A stretch of 63,797 nucleotides of DNA, counting the filler, from Sphacelaria rigidula (taxonomy: Eukaryota), in NCBI GenBank assembly GCA_964200075.2. It is 5 parts of 5 records of this genome, joined end to end, with 100 filler letters (N's around TTAATTAATTAA, not from the genome) between each part and the next. Parts side by side here need not be neighbours in the genome. Positions count along the whole stretch, not along the records: positions 38,340 to 51,018 come from CAXNAA020003512.1; positions 51,119 to 63,797 come from CAXNAA020003513.1; 3 more parts are not named here. The stretch is one strand, 5' to 3'. Made by a program: the position numbers and the translations under genes. Positions 49,533-62,806 of the stretch are shown here, in pieces (within the stretch, counting starts at the first letter, position 1; every line of letters starts with the position of its first letter). The notes beneath the pieces are model-generated. The model was given only the letters and a program-made list of their open reading frames with translations. It was not told where the DNA came from and did no database searches.

Positions 49533-50531
49533 GCAAGTACTAGCTGCCCACATGAGCAGTCACATCCGCATGCCACCCAAAGCAGCTTCTTCTTCGCCCG
49601 CCTCTCCAGCGACACCAGCAACGTCTTCTGGTAAGGCTTTCCATCGCCAAATATATATTGCGCTGAGCAGCACAACGCCTGTTACCCATCACACCGAACC
49701 GAACATCAAACGATTTCCTGTGGCAAAAGCTACGAGATATTCATAGCTTGGCATGCCATGACGGGGACGTCGGTTGAAATGGATCCAACCGGAAACCGTC
49801 GATGACGTACTGCAATCAATGTGTTCTCGTATCGTCATATCGTCCTGGATGGACAGATATTGGAATATTCTTCAGAGTCATGGTGTACTTACAGGAACGT
49901 GGGACTTGCGGTATTACCAAGATTTATCTGTGAAATGATACCGACAATGGCTATTGCAATATAAAATTATGGCCAATGCACCCAGGTTTTACTGCTCCCT
50001 AGCTTGACGTCGAGCGATGTGTTGCTGTGAGCGAAACTTGCGCGAGCCGTTCATCAATAAACTGTGCTTCGCGTTACTAGAAGACTTGCAACGCGACTGC
50101 AGAAGAGTGAGTGGCACTATCACGTGATCTAAAACGCCATGTGCGGCGTGTTTGTACCAACTGCTGTATGCCGACCAGCAGTCGGCTAATCAAAAGGTGC
50201 GTCCTACCCTCAAGCATAAAAAAACTACATTGCCACAAAAACTGAACGCCGTCCGATATCGCCCTCAAGCAACAAGCCCAATAAGTGCAAGATTGCGTAT
50301 TCCTTGACGGGTAGACAACACAGCGCGCTTGACCCTACAGCATGGTCATCTTTCGGGTAGGCTCAGCAACACTAAGAACGAACGAAAGACGATCACATAC
50401 AGTCGATGCTTCGATTCTCTCACCTGCAACGACTGGCACATACTTCCGGAGCCGTCGCCATCCACAAAATCTCCCTCCGCCTCCCCCCGAAATAGCGGCG
50501 AGTTGTCGTTTCTGTCGGAAAAAATAAAAAT

Positions 50532-51018
50532 ATGGTTACTGTGAGATTGAGAGTCAGCTTTCTAGCCCTTTGCGGAATCGGCGTCATGTTACTGCAGATC
50601 CTGATTCCTAACGCTGGTGGTCCATGGGTTAAGGATTCCGACGAGTTAGTCGTTGGATGTATACACTCGAAAATGAACAAAAGTCTGTACAAGAGTCTTT
50701 GGAATCGCGACAGGTCAGTACCCTACGCTCACATTCAACCATTATTCGGAAAAAATATTTTGGAACGCATGGCACCATGTCCGACGTGTGATCATTACCT
50801 GCTCAATGTACACGGCAAATTGACGAGAAACATTTCATTGAATGATATGCTCACTCTCCTTTTTCTCCTGAAGTAAACACAACGGATCGTTCCTATTTGT
50901 GACTCGTCAGTGTTTCGCCCATTAGTGGAACACATAAAACAACACAAGAAACAGTGCCGTGTTGTTGAAAATCCGCGTATGTAACTGCAGGGTTATGACG
51001 AAGACCGAAAGTTTCATG
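50532..51018 (+). CDS. 5' end of an unknown secreted or type II membrane protein (exons 50532-50713 and 50991->51018)
   Basis: ATG plus hydrophobic VSFLALCGIGVMLLQILI; GTCAGT donor and CTGCAG acceptor are phase-compatible; runs off the contig. Confidence 0.4.
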
Positions 51019-51668
51019 NNNNNNNNNNNNNNNNNNNNNNNNNNNNNNNNNNNNNNNNNNNNTTAATTAATTAANNNNNNNNNNNNNNNNNNNNNNNNNN
51101 NNNNNNNNNNNNNNNNNNACTCCGCCTAGCTCTCTTTTTGGGCGTAAAACGACGTAAAAGCTCCAAAAAGACACTTTCCCAGATTTTTATTTTTGTCGAT
51201 GAGAAGGAGCGGCCTGAGGGTAAATTTGCGCTTCATGAAGCCATCATCCAAATGTGGATATCAATGATTTTTCTGACGTTCTCAACCTCCCACGAAAATG
51301 CTGTCTGAGCCCATAACCCGCCCCAAACCCACCCTCCCAGCCTGGGGCAGACACAAGATATCCTCGGTTTGAGATGCTCACGCGCTGGCGACCCTCATAT
51401 TCGTGAAGGCGATCTTCGATCTTGTGTATTGGGACGAATAAGAACAAATATGTTTCAGGCCTACATTTACTGTCATTATGGTTCGCCTAAGAGGGAAGGG
51501 GGCGGAGGCTGTGGCTTCAAGTCTGTATCTGGACGGGCCTCCTGTCTTTTGTACGTCGCGCAGTTCTTGCACAAAATGTGCCCGGCATTGCACGTTCGGG
51601 ATACTAGTCGCTAGATTGATAGCATGTACCTTATTTATATTATGTACCTCTGTCGCTGCTTTGATCAG

Positions 51669-51725
51669 GTTCGGAAAGCGTGTACAGAGGCCTTGGTGGA
51701 GATGAGCAAGGCGGTAGGCCCAGAG
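51669..51725 (+). CDS. PPP4R1: PP4 regulatory subunit 1-like HEAT repeat protein, exon
   Basis: VRKACTEALVEMSKAVGPE; AG/GTGAGT boundaries; phase 0. Confidence 0.8.
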
Positions 51726-52624
51726 GTGAGTGTTGGTCGGAGAGACGCGTGATTTTCGCTGGGCGCGTTTGCGTGTGTCGTGTGTGAACAACAAGTTCGA
51801 GTTTCAGAAGCACAGCGTCGACGTCGGTGAGTTTGGTTGGCAGACGCTATCGTTATATCGCAGATTGTGTTGTATGTCCACCATTCGCTCGGCGAGTGGA
51901 CTACTACTTGTCAGTAACACCGGAAGGGCGATGCTTTTTTGCGGGTTACCTGTAACGACTTGGACGGTCACTGAATGCTGCTGGTTTATGTTTTGTTGAA
52001 TCCCCGATGAGTATTTCCCGACATGAGCGATGCTCTACAGAAAAATTCGATTTCCGCTCTTGAAAGCGTGAGGACGTGGGTAGCGAATGCCGCTCGATTG
52101 GCGTCGATGGTGTACTCGTACGGGAGTGAAGCAAACCCCACTCAACACACCCTTGCAACGCAACTGCATGGATTCATCGGAACCACGCGCACCGAGAGAA
52201 TCGCCCTTGGGAAGCAGGGGGCGATTCGCATGCGGCTCCATGAGGAAGCAAGACGACTTGTTGCCTCGTCCCCCTGTGCATAGGACCCTACACCCAGGTG
52301 TCTCGTGTTGGCATCAAGGGCTTCGGTATGCCTCGTTCATTCGTGTGGCACATTGCAGTGATGTTGTTTTTATCATTTCGTTGCTTATCATCATGTTTGT
52401 GTTGTATAGTGCAGTCATTGATGTACACGTTTCTCACCTTTTTTAAAGTCACGTTGCCACGATGAGGATTCGTGTTGTCTGTGGCAAAGCTGTGTACGAT
52501 TTCATTCAAAAGCACAGTGTCTCCATACACACGCATATACAGTACAATAGGCATAACAAATCATGTATACTTCTATATGTGGAATATAGAGCACATGCTT
52601 ATTTTTGTGTGCTCTGTGAGTACT

Positions 52625-52988
52625 GGTCGCCCCAGTGGCTCAGTTGGTAACCACAACGACTGGGTCATGGGTTCGGATCTCGGTGAAGTCAGAGGATCTG
52701 GAATTTTTCTCACACCATGCCCAACAGTCAGTAGTGGAGGGCGACTATGTCGTGGATACACAAAGTTCGACTTCACGGTCGACGAGGTAGGGAGACCGCT
52801 GAAACCCTCTCGCGATGAAAAATAAGGCAAGCACGGCAGAAGGAAGGTAGAGTACTAGAGTAAGAATAAAATATCAAAAACACCTGTGTTGGCCTTCCTC
52901 CCGTGTGACCCCTGCTGAGGTACCCACATGTACCGAAAGGTGTAGACTGGCGCCCAGAATAGATAGAATGACAACCCACAACAGCAAC
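52625..52988 (+). mobile_element. tRNA-derived SINE (family 2)
   Basis: Colinear with 44369-44736; A box TGGCTCAGTTGG, B-box-like GGTTCGGATC. Confidence 0.75.
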
Positions 52989-53087
52989 CTGAACTTTTTT
53001 TAGTGCAGATGAATCAAGTACATATTCATGCGTGATGTATTTGCCATGCTTGTGTCTTTCTACGTGTCATGTTCCACTTCTCAATAG

Positions 53088-53270
53088 GTGAGTCTACGAG
53101 AACTACAGCCAGTGTTCATCAACCTGGCGTCGGACTCCTCCAAACTGGTGAGGACAGGGGCTTTGCAACACCTTGGGAGGCTCATCTCCACGCTCCCGGG
53201 GGAGGCCGTGACAGAAGACTTGGTGCAGTACTTTACGGCGACCGCTGTGGAGAGCATGGGAGATCCGGTG
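53088..53270 (+). CDS. PPP4R1: PP4R1-like exon
   Basis: LQPVFINLASDSSKLVRTGALQHLGRLISTL...LVQYF; phase 0. Confidence 0.85.
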
Positions 53271-54323
53271 GTGAGGCACTTCCTCCTTGCTCCTTCGATT
53301 GCAGTACATTGAACATCGACCACGCGCGGATGAGGAGTGTATAAATGCATCAATATACAGTATCATTGGTTGTCGTCACGAGTGTTGTTACTGTCGCGTA
53401 AGTAAGGTTAGCATATTATCGTAGTGCTGTTGGCGAAAGTGGAAATATAGTGATGATGGGAGGGTGGAGTGGAATTTCAATAATTACGCGTTTTTTGTAG
53501 AAAATACGGCGAGGATAGCAACGTTTACCTCCTAAGCTCCTGTGATCTCCTGCGTGGAACATTGCACGTTGTAGCTGTAACTTGGACGGAGTCGAACGTT
53601 TTGGTCGTTTATATTGGAATATGTCGTCACTATTATGAGCTGATGTACCTGATGTGTTGTGTTCGATGGTGTATGTATTATGATATGATGTTTTGTTTGA
53701 TTGGTTTTGACGTTGATTCTATTTTTCATCGGCGACATTTTCCCTTGTCTATATTTACAGGATGATATTCATATCTCCTGTCAGTATGGTATCTGTTTCA
53801 CCGTGGGGTGTGTTTTTGATCGCCCTTGTTAACGAGAGAGGGAATCAATCGCTCACAGCAACCAACTATTCGAACGGGTTTGATGGTACATACACATACA
53901 TACATACATACATAAGTGAACTTTTTTTTTTTCTAATTTTTTTTCCGTCCCCGGGAGAGATTCCATGCGCGCTTGTGTGTGTTGGTTTTGTTCCAGTCGT
54001 TGCCCTCGTCTGTTATTGGCGACTTTGTTCCGGACGTGTACGTGTTTTGGCCCGGGTGTCTCCTGTCCTGTCTTTTTTGTCGGTGTCATATTCCACTGTG
54101 TCGACGCACTTCAGATCGTTCATCATTGGCGGGAGAGGGATCCCGGTGTGTTGTATCGTGGTGTTTTTCCGAGAGGTGGGATGGTGCTCAGTGAGGCGGT
54201 AGTAGCTTTGTTGCCCCTGTTTGTTTTCTCATCGACCCTTTTATTTTGCAGCCGCCGTCATCATCGCTGATATAACGGTGGGTGGAGGATGACGTGAAGT
54301 TGTGCGCTACTCGCTGCCTGCAG

Positions 54324-54482
54324 GCGGATGCTGAGCTTCGATTGTATTGTGCCTTCTCCTTCCCGGCGGTGGTGATCACCATCGGCCCGGATCGATGGCA
54401 CGAGCTGCGTGACTCGTTTGGCGTGCTTTTGAGAGATCCAAGCTGGTCCGTGCGGAAGACGCTCAGCCACAGCCTGCACGAG
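54324..54482 (+). CDS. PPP4R1: PP4R1-like exon
   Basis: YCAFSFPAVVITIGPDRWHELR...WSVRKTLSHSLHE matches the PP4R1 signature CAYSLPGVALTLG..W..LR...WKVRRTLAFSIHE. Confidence 0.9.
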
Positions 54483-55030
54483 GTGAGCTGTGGTGGCACG
54501 CACGGGATGCTGAGACGGTAGGCGTCAGTCGGGTTGGTCGTTTTGGAACTGTTCATTTCGGCAGCCTGTTTCCTTTTTTTTTACAATGCAGAACGGTTTT
54601 GGCGTGTTGGCAGTGTTGAGTGATCGGCGTTTCTCGGAAGAGTGCATCCTTTGCGTCTTCGTTTGTTCTCTTGTTTTTCTCAAGCGCGAATAAAATCGGA
54701 TGAAAACCCATCGGGTATCAACCGTCTGACCCAAAAGAAGCTTCAAGATGAAGGGTAAGCCGTGGTAGGCACACGCACCCAACAGCCTAGACAAGAGTAG
54801 TGTGGAGAATACAAGTGCGTCATACGCAGTACGTATGTAGCATCATACGATGTGCTCCATCCGTGGGTGTTTAGGTTTGCGTTGTGTAATTATTTCATTT
54901 GTAGGGCTGGATACTGGACCAGTACACATTGACAGTACTACTGGTACCAGAAAAACGGCCAGTACTGCCAGTATCGTCCTTTCTACGCACGTCCCGTCAT
55001 AATGCCTTTTTACTTGACGGAAAACCCATC

Positions 55031-55200
55031 GTGCTGCAAATGAAGCCGAATCGTGTCCTTTTGCTCTAGTAAAGCCGAGTGGTGTGAACGAATGCAAGAA
55101 TCGAGCGAAATCTCTTTGTGCTGCAAATGAAGCCGAATCGTGTCCTTTTGCTCTAGTACAGCCGAATAGCGTGGGAAAATGCAAGGGTCGAGCGAATCAC
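55031..55200. repeat. Tandem duplication of an ~87-bp unit
   Basis: gtgctgcaaatgaagccgaatcgtgtccttttgctctagta occurs twice. Confidence 0.85.
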
Positions 55201-55890
55201 CGCTGGTTCGAAACATCAAATTTACCATATCTGAGATCTAATTGCTCGAAAGAGAGATGAAAAGTTGACCGCGGGTCAAAAAAGTCTCCGCGCAAAGTTT
55301 GCGCTGTTCCACGTGCCTTGCCTGCAGTGCGCGTTCCTAGGGTGCAACGCTGAAAGTAGAGCTCAAGGATCGCTTCGTACAGTAGTAATCAATTATACAA
55401 AAAGCAACTAACTTTGAGGCAAATCATTATGCGTCCGACCCTTCAAGAAGTGCGTCCGGCGGGGAGCCTTCGGCAGGGCTTCGCCGCGGACGCAAGGTAC
55501 TGGCATGATGCAGCATGTGATATACTCGCTGGCTCCGCCAATACCCAGCGGTGGTGATCGTTTTTTTTCTTCTCTAGCGCACCGAAAGCCTGTGCATCAC
55601 GCACAGAGCCCTGTTGCTGGATTTGCTCTCTTGCTGTAGAGCAGATTGGATGAAATGAGATGGATCGGGATCGAAAAAATGTAGCCGATGGGTAATTACC
55701 TGTAGGTGTTGTTTTTCTCGTACCGTGTTGACCGTTTCGTTCGAGACGCTATTTTTGTGGGTACCTTTTTCGTCAAATCTCTGTTTTGTGGTACCTTAAT
55801 TTGTGTGCGTTTGTTTTTATCGTCTTCTGTATTTTCGCGGTTGCTGCCTCTTTTCGCTTTTTGTTGATTTGTGTGGTTCTCCCGTGGCAG

Positions 55891-55971
55891 GTGGCGAAGG
55901 TACTAAAGGCGGATGATGTGGAGGATGATTTGGTGCCGGCTATGGAAGCGTTTTTAAGGGATATGGAAGAT
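55891..55971 (+). CDS. PPP4R1: PP4R1-like exon
   Basis: VAKVLKADDVEDDLVPAMEAFLRDMED; phase 0. Confidence 0.85.
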
Positions 55972-56431
55972 GTGAGTCTTTTTCTCGACGCGATTTTGGT
56001 GGTGACGTGCGACACCGAAATTTCGAACGCATATTTGTCATGTTGATGAGAGTGCTTCATACTTATCTGTTATACTGTACACATGTAGGTGGTGGCCTTG
56101 CTCACAACAGGATGGGCCATCGAGCTCGCCGCGTCTCGATTTCTTTCCTGTCTTCGTTGCCGTGTTCCTCGTGAAATGGAATGTATATACGTATATACAT
56201 CTGTCGTCGTCGTCGTCGTTGTCCCCGCTCCCGAAAGATGAATCCATAGTCACGAGGTATCGATCCATCATTCTCCCTGTACTGTGTCTGCTTCCCAGAC
56301 CATATTCGATAATGGGATTATCACGCCCGCAGCCCGTCAACTCGTTATGTATATATTGTATATGTTCCTTGCTAGTGCTGACCCCCAGTTCTCGCTTCCT
56401 TTTTTTCTGGTTGACGATTGATTGTTCGCAG

Positions 56432-56521
56432 GTTCGGCTAGGTGTAATTCGACATTTGGCAGAATTCTTCGAGCAGATGTCCCCTGACCGGCGAGAGAAG
56501 CATCTCAACGTTCTTGTAGAG
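56432..56521 (+). CDS. PPP4R1: PP4R1-like exon
   Basis: VRLGVIRHLAEFFEQMSPDRREKHLNVLVE; phase 0. Confidence 0.85.
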
Positions 56522-56524
56522 GTA

Positions 56525-59248
56525 CGAGGTGGGCCAGCCTGAAAACAGATTTAAGCTCTAAAAGCAATATCTCGTCGACACAGACGAGTTGGGCCATGAT
56601 CGGCTCATCGTATTAATCGTCTAATCAAGGGGAAGGTGCCCATCTGCTCAAAAGTGTGGGCCCATATTTTCTCGTTGATTGAACCCCATCTCTAGTAATT
56701 CCTATACCTGAGGGAGATAGCGCCTACACTAAAATTTCTATGAAACCCCCGATCGATACATTTAGCAGATGGCGACGAATTTTGGTGTAGACATTCTCTG
56801 GAGCAAGGGGAGACGACAGATACAGGCTGATTCACGGAATAAAACCCCAAATACACTCACCGGCAAAACTTCGCGCCGTTTGAAGGAGTTAGACCCTGGA
56901 AATTTGCACAGGTGTTCTATGGATCATTACGTAACTTTGCCAGGACGAGGTTTTCTTTTACTTTTTTACTTTTTTCACCGTTTTTCCGGGGTCCCAGTTT
57001 TGTCGGGAAAACTTTGATCCACTCGGACTCCCGTAGAACGGTAAAAAAATCATAAAAAAACTTCGTCCTTACAAAGTTGCGTAATGACCCATACAACACC
57101 TGTGCAAAACTTCAGGGTCTAACTCCTTAAAACGGCGTGAAGTTTTTCGCGTTTGTGCGATGAACCTTGCCGTGCCACGGTGAAACGGCAAACTACGAGA
57201 TTTTGGTATGAATATGGCGTTTTTGGGCCTTTTTCGACGTGACCATGGAAATTCCAGCACCAGTTAATCGAGTTTGGCCACGACACTCTGTGGGCTTCTT
57301 CCTTGGGAATTGCGGCGACAGAACGTTCGCGAAAAAAGTGAATAAAAAAGACTGTAGTGCCGGTGTTCTGGGGTCTCAAAATGGAGGACTTCGAAAAAAC
57401 GACTCCGATCCCGTCGGACCCCCGAAAAACGGTAAAAATAGAAAAATAGATAAAAATCGTTGATCGAAACTTGCGTGATGATTCATAGCACATTTGTGCG
57501 AAGTTTCAGGGTCTACCTTCCAATAAATGCGTCAAGATTGGGCGTATGTGCGAGGATGTGAGCTTAAAACGTGCAAACTCCTAACTACTCGGTTTGAGTA
57601 TGCAAACATCTTATAGGGTGAATTTTACGTCAAGGCAGGAAATATTGTATGAGACTTTCGAGTTTCTCCACCAGATATTGTACATGTATTCCTTGGACCA
57701 TCCCGGGACGCATCATGTTATTATTTTTTCTTCTGTCATTCTGTACCGCCTTTCCGGGGTCTTTGTACTGAGACCCCCGGAAGCCGGTAGGGAACGGAGG
57801 AACGTTGAACCCTTGCCGCGAACACAATCTTTCCGTTTGGAGCATCAATACCTACGGTACTGCCAAGTTTGAGGATGATCTGAGCTTTTCTACAACAGTT
57901 ATAGGGGAAATCGTCACGAGGCTCCCTGGGTCTTTCCTGCGTTCTAGGAGTGGAAATTAGACGACGCCAAACTCCACATCACCGAAACATTACGGTTTCG
58001 GGTATAATTCGACCTCGATGGAACTGTTTTCAAATTCTATTCTCCCGTTAGATTCATGAGGTGATGACGGTCACCACGATTTGAAGCATATGGAGATTCG
58101 GTCGAAATTGAGCCTGGAATTCGTATTTTTAATTTCGGAACAGTTTGAAGGGCGCTGGTTGGTCGAGACACATTTTTGTCCATAGCGCCACCGCTATAGC
58201 CTTACAAAAAATCTGGCTATGTCACCCTGTTCGTCTGTTCATTGCGGTCAGTATGATACCATGTATGCGACTATTGGGTGCGTATTGCAGAAGGCATTTG
58301 CTGTTGACAGACGTTTTTTTTTTTTCCGTGAACCAGCCTGTACCCTCACCTAATTCGCCATCTATCCCGAGATATGGCGCACATAAGTTTCCATACTAAA
58401 ATCGGTGTATTACGAGCAGAGGCACTAGATGCCCTAAATCTGGGTATCGCGTCTCAGTTTTTGAGAGTTGTTCGATAAAATTTCGTGTGGTGAACCGCTA
58501 GTGCATAATAGAAAAAAATGAAAACAGCTGGTTACCTTTTCCCTTTTTTTTTCATTTGTTTTCGTGTTTTTAGTGGAGTTATGAGGAGAAATGTACATCG
58601 CTGTTAGGCCTTATCTCAATGTTTTAGCTCAATTTTTGAAATTTTGATTTAAAAGTTAGCATGGAGGACCACGAAAGAGTGCCAGATAAAATAAAAAAAA
58701 TGGGCCTTCATTTTTTTTTCTCTTCGTAGAGGTTAGGGCGTTCTCGTGAAGAAATGGTCTTTACCAGACTTGAACGCCCTAAACCAATGAAGAAAATGAA
58801 AAAAATGATCTCACCCACTTGGTTTTGTTGATTATGCCCTAGCCACGCCCCACACAAAATTTCAATACATAAACACCAAACGTGGGCCGGTAAATGGCCT
58901 GCAAAATGCCGTTCCGAATTTCTTCTGACTGTCACTAAACGGCCCATTAAACGGCCAATACTTGGAGTCGGACCCTGAAATTTGGTATGGACAATGAGTT
59001 GGGCACAATAAAAAAAATTACTGGCGCACACAAGTTTTTTTTGCTTTACATGAGTTCAGGGCAATAATCAGTTTTCAGATATCGGTAAAATGCCCCTAAC
59101 TCACGGAAAAAAAACCCCTGTGTGCGCCAGTATTTTTTTTTATTGTGCCCTACTCAGTGTCCATACCAAATTTCGGGGTCCAACTCCAAGTATTGGACGT
59201 ATATTGGGCCTGCAATCTACAAAATCGCTTCTCGGCTGGCCCAGCTCG
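56525..59248. mobile_element. Mariner-like non-autonomous element with TA TSD
   Basis: TA|CGAGGTGGGCCAGCC...GGCTGGCCCAGCTCG|TA; internal subterminal hairpins. Confidence 0.8.
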
Positions 59249-59364
59249 TACAGTGAAAGATTTTCATGACTTTTTATTGTGTCCTGTAATTGAGAGACCA
59301 TGTTATTAATCGCTGCTTCAGCTTTGGTGGCCATGCGTGCCGACCGATGCTTTCGCAGTAACTA

Positions 59365-60134
59365 CGAGCTGGGCGACCCTAAGAACGAGTTCAAGCCCTC
59401 ATGGCCATGTCTTATCGACACAGTCGAACTGGGCCGTGATCCGCATATATCATGAATAGTCTATTCAAAGACTTGGTGCCCATCTCCTCAGAAGCCTGGA
59501 CCAATCTTTTCTCGTTTATTTAACCCCATGTCGAGTAATTCCTATACCGTACGCAAATGAGGTCCATACTAGAGTCTATATAATACCCCGGGACGATATA
59601 TGTACAGCGGATGATCACGATTTTTAGTGTGAACATTCCCCGGAGCACGAGGAAAATTCGTTTTTTATCTAGAGATATGTTGAACGTAAGACCCCCAAGC
59701 TGAAAAAAATATATCACGAGCAGAGGCACGGAAAGCACCACACTCTGGACAATGTATGGTCAACCGATGCAATACACAGAATGTACTGAAGAAAGTACGG
59801 GTCTATTGCAACTGCTAGTTTTTCGTCTATTGCATATATTGACCATATAGTATTCATGGTGTGAAGAAAAATGCGCTGAAACGTCCGTTTTCATCTTTAC
59901 TTCGAGGGTTGGAGTTTCAAATTTGGTATGGAGAATCGCTAGGGCACAACGAATGAAAAACCTGTTGGGACCAAGTTTTTTTCCCTCCTTTTTGTTCTTC
60001 ATTTCATGGGCGCGTTTTTGTGAAAGATGGACATTGGTTCTGGCCCTTACCTCTTTCTCAGCTCAATTTTGAGAAGTGTGATATAAAATTTTGTACGGAG
60101 AGTCGCAACGGCATACTTGAAAGCAGCAGTGGGT

Positions 60135-60165
<31 letters not shown>

Positions 60166-60952
60166 CATACATTTGTGAGTTAATCTTATCGTTAATAAAT
60201 GGTCCATACTGCACTAAAACGTCCTCAACTCATGACAAGAAGATGAGGCGTCACGACATCTTGTTGCGATATGTCCCAGTGATCTCCGACATACATTTGA
60301 CACGTCGGACAGATCGTGCTCTGTCTGAAATAAGTGATAAAAGAAGACTCCCGGATCCGTTAGTTGGAAAAAAACCCAGAATACGTGACCGCGGAGTCAG
60401 AAAAGCCGAAGCGCAACGTTTACGCTACCTGGTGTGGTCGGCGTCCGGTGCTGTAGGGAGAAAACGTGGAAAAGCGGGCCCAAATGATGCGGATCATGAT
60501 CCGGATCAGTATTCTGAGAGGAAGAAATTTCCAGACGAATCATGATCTGTCTGACGTGTGCAAGATTCCAAAGCTCAATGACCCAAATCTGGGTTGGTTG
60601 ATGGCCTGCCACGTATTGTTCCGAATTTCGACCGGCCAAACTCCTGAACCATCCGTTTTGACCTCAATTTCGAGAGTTGGACTTCCAAATGAAGAATCGC
60701 TAGAGCGTACTGAGGGCAAAATTTTTGAGATCAGTATATGTACATATATATTCATAAGTTACGGGCATTTTACTGAAATATGGATCAAAATTGTTGCCCT
60801 CAGCTCATGAAGAACAATTTTTTCGGTCCCATATTTTTTTTTGCCATCATCCCCTAGAGATCCTCCGTACCAAATTTGAACGTTCAACTCTCAAAATTGA
60901 GGTGAGAACGGGCCTGCAACCCACAGATGCGCTTGTAGGCTGGCCCAGCTCG
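59365..60952. mobile_element. Second element of the same mariner-like family
   Basis: TA|CGAGCTGGGC...GGCTGGCCCAGCTCG|CA; both ends are homologous to 56525-59248. Confidence 0.7.
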
Positions 60953-62149
60953 CATTTTAGTTCCTCTACCTTGTGGTGAGCCGGCCGGAAGATGGGACGC
61001 TTGATTCGGGCGGGTTTTTTTCGAGGGCGAAGCAGCCGAAAGCGTTGAACGAAACCGAGCCATCATCATACGTGTATAACGCTAACACCAATTATCCCTA
61101 TCCTCAACCGCACAGAAATGTGATGAGCATCATAATAGTGAGGCCTCGGCGCAACCATAGCTTTCGGCTTTTTGTTGAAATGGGGTACATATTTTCGAGC
61201 AAAAATGGCGTCGATTCAATAGCTGAAACAATCCGTGGCGATGCGGGAGCTCAATGCTTCGCCCTCCAAGGTTTACGGACGCTGTCCTTCGCCGGTGGCT
61301 GTCGCAGTACTTGATGGTAGCTGGCTGGCTGATTCCGACGGCAGACATTGCTTGGGTTGTCATGGTCTCTGATGGTGGGTCCAACGAAAGCAATGGTACA
61401 CGGTACGTAAAGGGGGGACGCGCGATTTTGTTCCGGTCCTTTGAGCTGCAAGAGGATGTGTTTGCAAATCATGACCCCCAAAGTTCACGGTGTACCGTTT
61501 CACTGCTTCTTCTGTGCGGTGTGACTGGAAATGTGCTCTGGGTTTCATGCAGGGTTGAAAATTGTGCCTGGAAATATCGAGTATCGATCGCGATTTTCGC
61601 AAGTCTCAGTATCGGAATCGCGAGACGGTAAGCCGATACTTTTCGATACGCAAACTGGCTCTCTTGGGGGCCCTGCCTGCAAAAAAGGGGAGGGGGTAGT
61701 GCATTCTTACCATCGGTCCGCCCCCCGTTTGTGCAGATATGACACTTCAAAAACAGCAAAAAAGCCTAGAAAAGCAGAGAACCGGTTGCTTGGCCATTTT
61801 CTGAGTATCGATAAAAATACCGATATCAACATTTTTTCGTCCATGTTTGAAAAAATCGTATCGAATGTTTTATTCCGTTCGATGGTCAACTCTGGTTTCA
61901 TGCGTCATCACGACCCCCTCCCCCCTCCCCCTACCGTCGTCGAACCTGGTCCGGCGAAAACCCGGCGTGCTCCGTCCCAGCTTTGTCGAGACGAACCCCT
62001 TTATGGGGGTTGGCTTCGACTGGCAACGACGATGTAGCCACTCACTGTCTAAGCTGTAGGCGACCAGGTTACAGTTTCTTTGCGCGCTTGCGTTGTCTCT
62101 GTGTTAACCATGATGGTGATCGAGCCACATCATGTTGTGCGGGGAGGGA

Positions 62150-62460
62150 GGACCTCGATTGCGCGCAAAAATGGGATGATTACACTACGTAGTGTTGGAA
62201 TGGTGAGACACCCATGAGGCAGTGTGTGAGCCGTGGCTGTCTCTGCAAGTGGCGATACTACAAAAATGAAGCAGCTCATCGGAGGCTGTCATCCAAATGC
62301 AAAATAAACAGCACGGTTCGGGCCGAACAATTTTTGCAGGATGCAGCTCACCCTTGATGCGGCTCACCCCAATACTCCACGGCGCTTCGCGCTTGGTGGT
62401 TGAGTGCGAGCCTGGTCAGGCAAAAAGTGGGCGTGCTCCGTCCCGGCTTTGTAGGGATGG
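62150..62460. repeat. Dispersed repeat; uninterrupted copy of the host of the Copia nest
   Basis: Reverse complement of 1160-1414 joined to 11659-11715; its end motif also occurs at 61940-61990 and 38195-38239. Confidence 0.8.
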
Positions 62461-62635
62461 GAGGTCAACGGTCATATGATTACCGCATGCAACATCATGA
62501 GTACCCTTCCCTCCCCGAGTACACTCCCCCCCTTCCCCTACAGACGTCTCCCGTGCACATCCATTGTAGTCTTGTCCCATTTTTCACACGATTTTTTTGC
62601 TTTCCTCTTATTTTCTTTTCACGTTGCCTTTGCAG

Positions 62636-62806
62636 ATTCTTCAGACCACTTCGCCCTTCAACTGGCGGCTGAGGGAAATCTTGGCGCAACAGCTGCCGCG
62701 TCTGGCTCCCCTGCTGTCTTTGGATAGCGTTTTTTTTGCAGTGGTGCCCGTGGCATTCGGTCTCCTCAATGACCCTGTCGCCGTCGTCCGAGAACGAACT
62801 TTCGAG
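62636..62806 (+). CDS. PPP4R1: PP4R1-like exon
   Basis: NWRLREILAQQLPRL...GLLNDPVAVVRERTFE; long polypyrimidine acceptor; phase 0. Confidence 0.88.
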
